Source of the DNA: Candidatus Bathyarchaeota archaeon
GTDB lineage: Archaea; Thermoproteota; Bathyarchaeia; 40CM-2-53-6
DNA: 64,000 nt
Direction: 5' to 3'
Assembly: GCA_963833125.1 (NCBI GenBank)
Contig: CAWHWX010000009.1
Location: 1-64,000 of the forward strand
A model generated the notes under the pieces. It ran no database searches, was not told the DNA's origin, and worked only from the letters and a program-made list of their open reading frames with translations. This document shows positions 63,780 through 64,000 of this stretch, piece after piece; position 1 is the stretch's first letter; every line of letters starts with the position of its first letter. The position numbers and the translations under genes were made by a program.

Positions 63780-64000
63780 TAACCATCAGTTAACACGAAT
63801 CTTTGACGTTTCAGCGTCATATAAGGTTTGGAGAAAATACGATCTACCAAACTTAGTCCCCATGAGAGCGAAGGGAAACTCAATCAAACGTGAATTTCCA
63901 TTTTGCCTTCCTGAACTCAGAATCAGTGAAATCCCGCGCCGAGTTGATCTAGGGCGCCTGAACGAATCATCCACAATCCGTTTTATTCAGAATATGATTG

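Overview
This is a 64-kb chromosomal window from a TACK-group archaeon, most likely Bathyarchaeia. The taxonomic call is an inference from the eukaryote-like topoisomerase IB, Nre, single-OB-fold SSB, Zn-ferredoxin, Walker-A-less KaiC/RAD55 paralogues and PEF-CTERM proteins. Many otherwise intact genes are split by single-base frameshifts, which is typical of an unpolished long-read assembly. Content: two large surface-glycosylation regions (about 4-17 kb and 34-50 kb, with GT2/GT4 enzymes, GT-C-like membrane proteins, rfbABCD, DegT, a pyruvyl transferase and methyltransferases), an archaeosortase next to a PEF-CTERM substrate, secreted proteins, topo IB, and a DNA-repair/housekeeping block (ogt, nre, ssb, mpg, nadM, orphan ParB-like gene). 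The standout is hidden under spurious ORFs at 6773-6961 (-). It is a tRNA-Leu(CAG) gene interrupted by FOUR bulge-helix-bulge introns (positions 8/9, 14/15, 30/31, 37/38), with internal exons as short as 6 and 7 nt and mutually exclusive splice motifs. Its leader can act as a surrogate acceptor strand. Its 3' end is duplicated 2.9 kb away, bounding a decayed integrated element with an SSV-like split-integrase layout. A ~175-nt structured intergenic RNA candidate (17532-17705) and two Tyr/Pro-rich proteins also deserve follow-up. All calls are by eye; no database searches were run.
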